From Candidatus Bathyarchaeota archaeon RBG_16_48_13 (GTDB taxonomy: Archaea; Thermoproteota; Bathyarchaeia; RBG-16-48-13), in the NCBI GenBank assembly GCA_001775995.1, contig MEZH01000001.1:32001-96000 (forward strand): a stretch of 64,000 nt of DNA. The letters are read 5' to 3'. Below, in pieces: positions 59,752 to 64,000 of this stretch. The position numbers and the translations under genes are program-made. The notes beneath the pieces are model-generated. The model was not told the origin of the DNA. It worked only from the letters and a program-made list of their open reading frames with translations, and searched no databases. Within the stretch, counting starts at the first letter, position 1. Every line of letters begins with the position of its first letter.

Positions 59752-60062
59752 GTGGGTTGGAAGATCCTATCAATGAAATTGTTTCATTAATACCCCGACC
59801 TACACGGCTTGAACTATTCAAATTAGTCTACAAGAACTGTAACTCTAGCCCTAACACGGTTGCAAAAATCTTAGGAATGAATCCCCGACAAGTCTACTTC
59901 TATTTATCCAGCTCAAACCGAACAATACGAAACTATCCTAATGATCTTACGACATTAGTGGTATTGAGAGCCGCTCTACATTTGGCTCCTACACAAACGA
60001 GAAATCTGCTGAATAGAACTATCTCAAATTTCATTAGCCTTCTTGGAAAGGTCTCTGCTTAA
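59745..60062 (+). CDS. Small HTH-like protein between oriC and cdc6
   Basis: SPNTVAKILGMNPRQVYFYL. Confidence 0.55.
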   Translation: MGCGLEDPINEIVSLIPRPTRLELFKLVYKNCNSSPNTVAKILGMNPRQVYFYLSSSNRTIRNYPNDLTTLVVLRAALHLAPTQTRNLLNRTISNFISLLGKVSA

Positions 60063-60149
60063 ACTTTGTGTAGTCCTACGTCAAAATAATATATCCATAA
60101 ATCTTATTTCTGCAGTGGAAAAACCAGTGTTACTACTGGTCGTTCTATC

Positions 60150-61385
60150 ATGTATGAAGATTTGCTGAACCAGGTCTTCGACCGCTTTCTAACGGGCCCA
60201 CGACTGTTTAGAGATCGTGAAGTCCTGAGACCTGATTATGTTCCAAAGGAACTGCCACATAGAGAAGATCAAATATTACATGTCGGCAGGATATTAGTAC
60301 CAGTGCTAAAAGGATCAAGATCCTCAAATATCTTTCTTTACGGACAAACTGGCACCGGAAAAACCGCAGTTATCAAGTTCATTATAGATAGGTTAACAAA
60401 AAAGAGCCAAGAAATAGAAGCACCAGTTGTCGCTTGTTACATAAACTGCAGACTTACAGGTACCGATTATCGAGTCTTCTCAAAGCTATGTGAGGTAGTC
60501 GATATCAATGTCCCCTTCACAGGGTTAGCTACCAATGAAGTGTTCGACAGGTTTAAGGTCGCTCTTGATTCCAAGAAAATCCTACTGATTGTAGTGCTAG
60601 ACGAGATAGACTTCCTGGTTAGAGAACAAGGCGACGACTTACTATACGACTTAACTAGGGGTAATGAAAGTCTACAATCAAGCAAGGTTTCGGTTGTTGG
60701 AATTTCAAACGACTTACAATTCAAAGAGCACTTAGACCCAAGAGTCTTAAGCAGTTTGAGCGAAGAAGAAGTGGTTTTCAGGCCATACACGGCAATAGAA
60801 CTTGGCGACATACTCCAAGCTAGAGCGAATCTAGGGTTTGTGAGTGGAACGTTGACGAAAGGTGCACTGAATCTTTGTTCTGCGCTGGCTGCGACGGAAC
60901 ATGGAGACGCTCGACGTGCGTTGGACCTACTCAGAGTTGCAGGAGAACTCGCAGAGAGGGAAGGCAAATCTAAAGTGATTGAAGAACATGTTAGAAGTGC
61001 ACAGAATAAAATAGAGGAAGATCGGATAACCAGCACTCTGAAGACATTGCCTCTTCACTCAAAGTTGGTTCTTTGTAGTTGTTATTTAATCAAACAAGCA
61101 GGATATGACGGTGTCATAACTGGGAATGTGTACGAAGTCTACGGTGAACTATGCAGGAAAATTCAATTGGAATCCTTAACGCAAAGACGCGTCAGCGGCC
61201 TGATAAGTGAGTTAGATATTATGGGACTTTTGAATGCAAGTCTGATAAACATGGGCCGATACGGCCGTACCAAGAAAATCAAGTTGGGTATTCCGGAGAA
61301 AGTCATCCGAGAAATTTTTGTCAAAGACGAATGGCTTAGCACTTTGCTAGATTACAAGCCACGTTGCTTATGTAGCCTGAAATAG
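60150..61385 (+). CDS. cdc6: Orc1/Cdc6 replication initiator
   Basis: L.PDYVP..LPHRE, GQTGTGKT, VLDEID, GDARRALDLLR, GRYGRT. Confidence 0.97.
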   Translation: MYEDLLNQVFDRFLTGPRLFRDREVLRPDYVPKELPHREDQILHVGRILVPVLKGSRSSNIFLYGQTGTGKTAVIKFIIDRLTKKSQEIEAPVVACYINCRLTGTDYRVFSKLCEVVDINVPFTGLATNEVFDRFKVALDSKKILLIVVLDEIDFLVREQGDDLLYDLTRGNESLQSSKVSVVGISNDLQFKEHLDPRVLSSLSEEEVVFRPYTAIELGDILQARANLGFVSGTLTKGALNLCSALAATEHGDARRALDLLRVAGELAEREGKSKVIEEHVRSAQNKIEEDRITSTLKTLPLHSKLVLCSCYLIKQAGYDGVITGNVYEVYGELCRKIQLESLTQRRVSGLISELDIMGLLNASLINMGRYGRTKKIKLGIPEKVIREIFVKDEWLSTLLDYKPRCLCSLK

Positions 61386-61391
61386 AATAAC

Positions 61392-62915
61392 CTATGATTT
61401 TGTGAAGTCGATAGAAGTCATCTGAAGTTTCTGAAGATCAAGAATAGGTAGTATGCCTGGAGTTGGAACAAGGCCCATTTTCCTTTGGAATTCCGTTTGA
61501 TTTTGCCATGCGCCGCAGTTTACAATATTGACTCCCCGGTATACCTCACTCTTCATTACATGAATGTGCCCACACTGAAAAACATCTGGTGGCTCGTCGA
61601 TTATCAAATGATCTTTCATTTCGGCCGAAATTAGCGTCTTCTTTCCATATACTGGAGCAAGATGCCTAGCTCTCAATAGGTGTTCCATAGCTTTCTCTGG
61701 TGTCTGATAGGTCATGTACGGGACCATGCCTATAACATCCTCCAGACTTCTCCCGTGATACATAAGCAGATTAACACCATGGATCTTTACTCTCGCCGGG
61801 TTTCCCAAGGATATTACCTCCCGTGCCTCCATTATCGGTTCAAAATACTTCTTGGAAAGAGCTGGTTGGGGCATAGCCTGTCTGACTGCATCATGATTTC
61901 CGGGAATAACGATAACTTCTATATAATCTGGGATTCGCTCGATTAATTTGGCAAAACTCTGATATTGTCCATAAATATCTAGAATGCTAAGTTCAGCTTC
62001 CTGATTAGGATACACCCCTATCCCATCTACCAGATCACCTGCAATCGTTATGTATTTCACACGACCAGCGAGTTCCATCTGTTTAGAATTCCCTAGATCA
62101 CCGTTTAACCATCTAATGAATCTCTCAAAGGGTTCATCCAAGAAGGTTTTGCTTCCAATATGAATGTCTGATAAGAGCGCGGCGCATACCGGTACGGTTG
62201 CTCCCGTAACTTTTCTCTCAGGAACATCTGGCCACAAAACGTTCTTCCCTATAAATGCGTTATCTTGACCCTTGACAACATGGAAACATAACACCTCATC
62301 AAGAATGATTTGACGGAATCGTTCGAAGACAGCCTGTTCGATCGTGGGAAGGACTATCATGCTAGCGACATTTTCAAGATCCTCGATCTGAATCATGATG
62401 CTTCTTTTTCTTTCCTTCTTCTCCGTTACTATGGCAATTATTTTCATTTCACGTTTTGATGATGCATGTTGCGCATCAGCTATTGAGACGGCATCATGAA
62501 CATCTATCCGTTGCTTCAATATTTGCCTCAATCTTCTAAACCTGTCTTGGAAATATTGAAGAAAGTCCTTAATGTCTCCAGCAGTACCCAACTCCTTAGT
62601 GGGATCGCTAACAATTTGGATATCAGCTTCAACATCTTTTGCCAAGGAATAAAAGAGATCTTTTCCGGTAGAACCTATTGAAGAAATGTGTCTCTTAGAC
62701 GGAAAATAGCTCGCAATCGTAGATTGCAAATCCTTTCTTGTGATTATCTTCCTACTCTCAACTGACTGGTTGAGAACCTCTACAGTTCTTTTCAGAACTT
62801 CTTCCAAATCTCCATTTGTAGGAAATTCCTGCAAAAAGCTAAAGGCATCCTGCTCCATCTGATATCCTGAATTCAACGCAAAATGCAGAATTTTCCTTAA
62901 ATGTTCTTCCGTCAA
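61392..62915 (-). CDS. polB: DNA polymerase D small subunit DP1
   Basis: SDIHIGS, GDLVDGIG, PGNHD, YHG.S, GHIH. Confidence 0.95.
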   Translation of the reverse strand: MTEEHLRKILHFALNSGYQMEQDAFSFLQEFPTNGDLEEVLKRTVEVLNQSVESRKIITRKDLQSTIASYFPSKRHISSIGSTGKDLFYSLAKDVEADIQIVSDPTKELGTAGDIKDFLQYFQDRFRRLRQILKQRIDVHDAVSIADAQHASSKREMKIIAIVTEKKERKRSIMIQIEDLENVASMIVLPTIEQAVFERFRQIILDEVLCFHVVKGQDNAFIGKNVLWPDVPERKVTGATVPVCAALLSDIHIGSKTFLDEPFERFIRWLNGDLGNSKQMELAGRVKYITIAGDLVDGIGVYPNQEAELSILDIYGQYQSFAKLIERIPDYIEVIVIPGNHDAVRQAMPQPALSKKYFEPIMEAREVISLGNPARVKIHGVNLLMYHGRSLEDVIGMVPYMTYQTPEKAMEHLLRARHLAPVYGKKTLISAEMKDHLIIDEPPDVFQCGHIHVMKSEVYRGVNIVNCGAWQNQTEFQRKMGLVPTPGILPILDLQKLQMTSIDFTKS

Positions 62916-63050
62916 AAATTTTACCAGCCATAAAATAATTCAGTTGCATCTATTAAATCTGAAGGGAAGTGTTTGGTCTTATTACGCGGTCAAAGAACCA
63001 ACTAAATCTTAAAGATTAGTTTCAATTCTTCTTACCTTAGAGGGAAACAA

Positions 63051-63515
63051 ATGGATCTTAGGCGCCTTCAGGTTACCGGAGGTGGAACCTTCTCGGTATC
63101 CTTACCTATCTCTTGGGCCAAAAGAAACCATCTCACTCGCGGTTCTTTCATGGTAGTTACGGAAAGGAGTGATAGTTCCATAACAATAGATCCAAAATAC
63201 TCATCTTCGGTCGAGCTAATTTCAGTCGCAGTTCCCTTTTCCGCATCACTTGAAAGGGAAATAATTGGAAAGTATCTGCTCGGCTATGATATCATCAGTG
63301 TAAACTCCAAAGAGAGACTCAGCTCAAATGATATTAGCATCACAGAGAGCGTAGTAAAAAAACATTCTCTCGTCCACAAATCTCTGTATGATTTTGAAGA
63401 AACCACTGTATTGCAGGACATCAAATACTTCCTAACAATTTCCAATATTACCTCAGCGTTGAAGAGAATTTGTGACTGCGGTAAAGATGTAGCGGACCTG
63501 GTTGTCATACAATAG
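63051..63515 (+). CDS. AbrB-PhoU-type regulator, apparently internally deleted
   Basis: RRLQVTGGGTFSVSLP..W N-terminus and RICDCGKDVADLV C-terminus in only 154 aa. Confidence 0.6.
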   Translation: MDLRRLQVTGGGTFSVSLPISWAKRNHLTRGSFMVVTERSDSSITIDPKYSSSVELISVAVPFSASLEREIIGKYLLGYDIISVNSKERLSSNDISITESVVKKHSLVHKSLYDFEETTVLQDIKYFLTISNITSALKRICDCGKDVADLVVIQ

Positions 63516-63534
63516 AATTAACCGCGGGATCTTC

Positions 63535-64000
63535 ATGTACGACAAACTCTTTGGGACCTCTGGGATAAGGGGAGGTATAGTAGACAAAGTGACCCCGGAG
63601 TTGGCGCTTAAACTGGGTCTATCTGCAGCAAAATACCTCAATTTCGATGGAACTATAGCCATAGGCTTTGACAATAGGACTTCCAACGTTATGCTTGAAA
63701 AGGCATTTGTCTCGGGTGTGATTGCAGGAGGCTGTGATGCAGAGCTTCTGGGGATAGTTCCTTTACCTGTTTTGGCTTACGGAACGAAAATTTTGAAGTC
63801 AAAGACAGGGATTATGATAACCGCTTCACATAATCCCTCTTCAGACAATGGCTTCAAATTATTCGACTCGCAAGGAAAAGAGTATCTTCCTGCTGAGGAA
63901 AATGCCATTGAATGTATAATGAAGGCGCGCATTTCTCAATTCTCTAACAAAACGGGTTTGATTAAAAGTATCCCGAGCATCTCCCAGCAGTATGTTGAAG
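63535..64000 (+). CDS. Phosphohexomutase (PMM/GlmM family), runs off the window end
   Basis: LFGTSGIRG, MITASHNP..DNGFK. Confidence 0.92.
   Translation, partial: MYDKLFGTSGIRGGIVDKVTPELALKLGLSAAKYLNFDGTIAIGFDNRTSNVMLEKAFVSGVIAGGCDAELLGIVPLPVLAYGTKILKSKTGIMITASHNPSSDNGFKLFDSQGKEYLPAEENAIECIMKARISQFSNKTGLIKSIPSISQQYVE

Overview
Core-genome segment of a TACK-group archaeon. PolD, Elf1, aIF5A/Dys and DUF1512/DUF2070 point most plausibly to Bathyarchaeia (inference). It holds an aromatic aminoacyl-tRNA synthetase run (trpS-pheS-pheT-tyrS) with dnaG, 5S rRNA and an Nfn/SudAB pair. It also has the dph2-csl4-rpoL-tfs-PCNA and aIF5A-dys-dph6-srp54 clusters, class II RNR, and a replication hub (DP2, ORB-bearing oriC, cdc6, DP1). 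I parsed 15 tRNA genes by hand. They carry 27 BHB-type introns, 18 at non-canonical positions, and five genes have three introns each. The most striking pattern: all four tRNAs whose intron BHB consumes an acceptor-stem strand (Met 8/9, Thr 8/9, Lys 9/10, Asp 68/69) carry a second copy of that strand in the leader or trailer that pairs 7-10 bp with the orphaned strand. I saw no such copy in the other 11. Other highlights: an unexplained ~280-nt structured element between pheT and tyrS, a Hef gene whose helicase has decayed while the XPF nuclease is intact, near-cognate start codons, a TGTGATATCACA palindrome array near oriC, and several broken accessory genes. All structures were paired by eye; no searches or folding programs were run.
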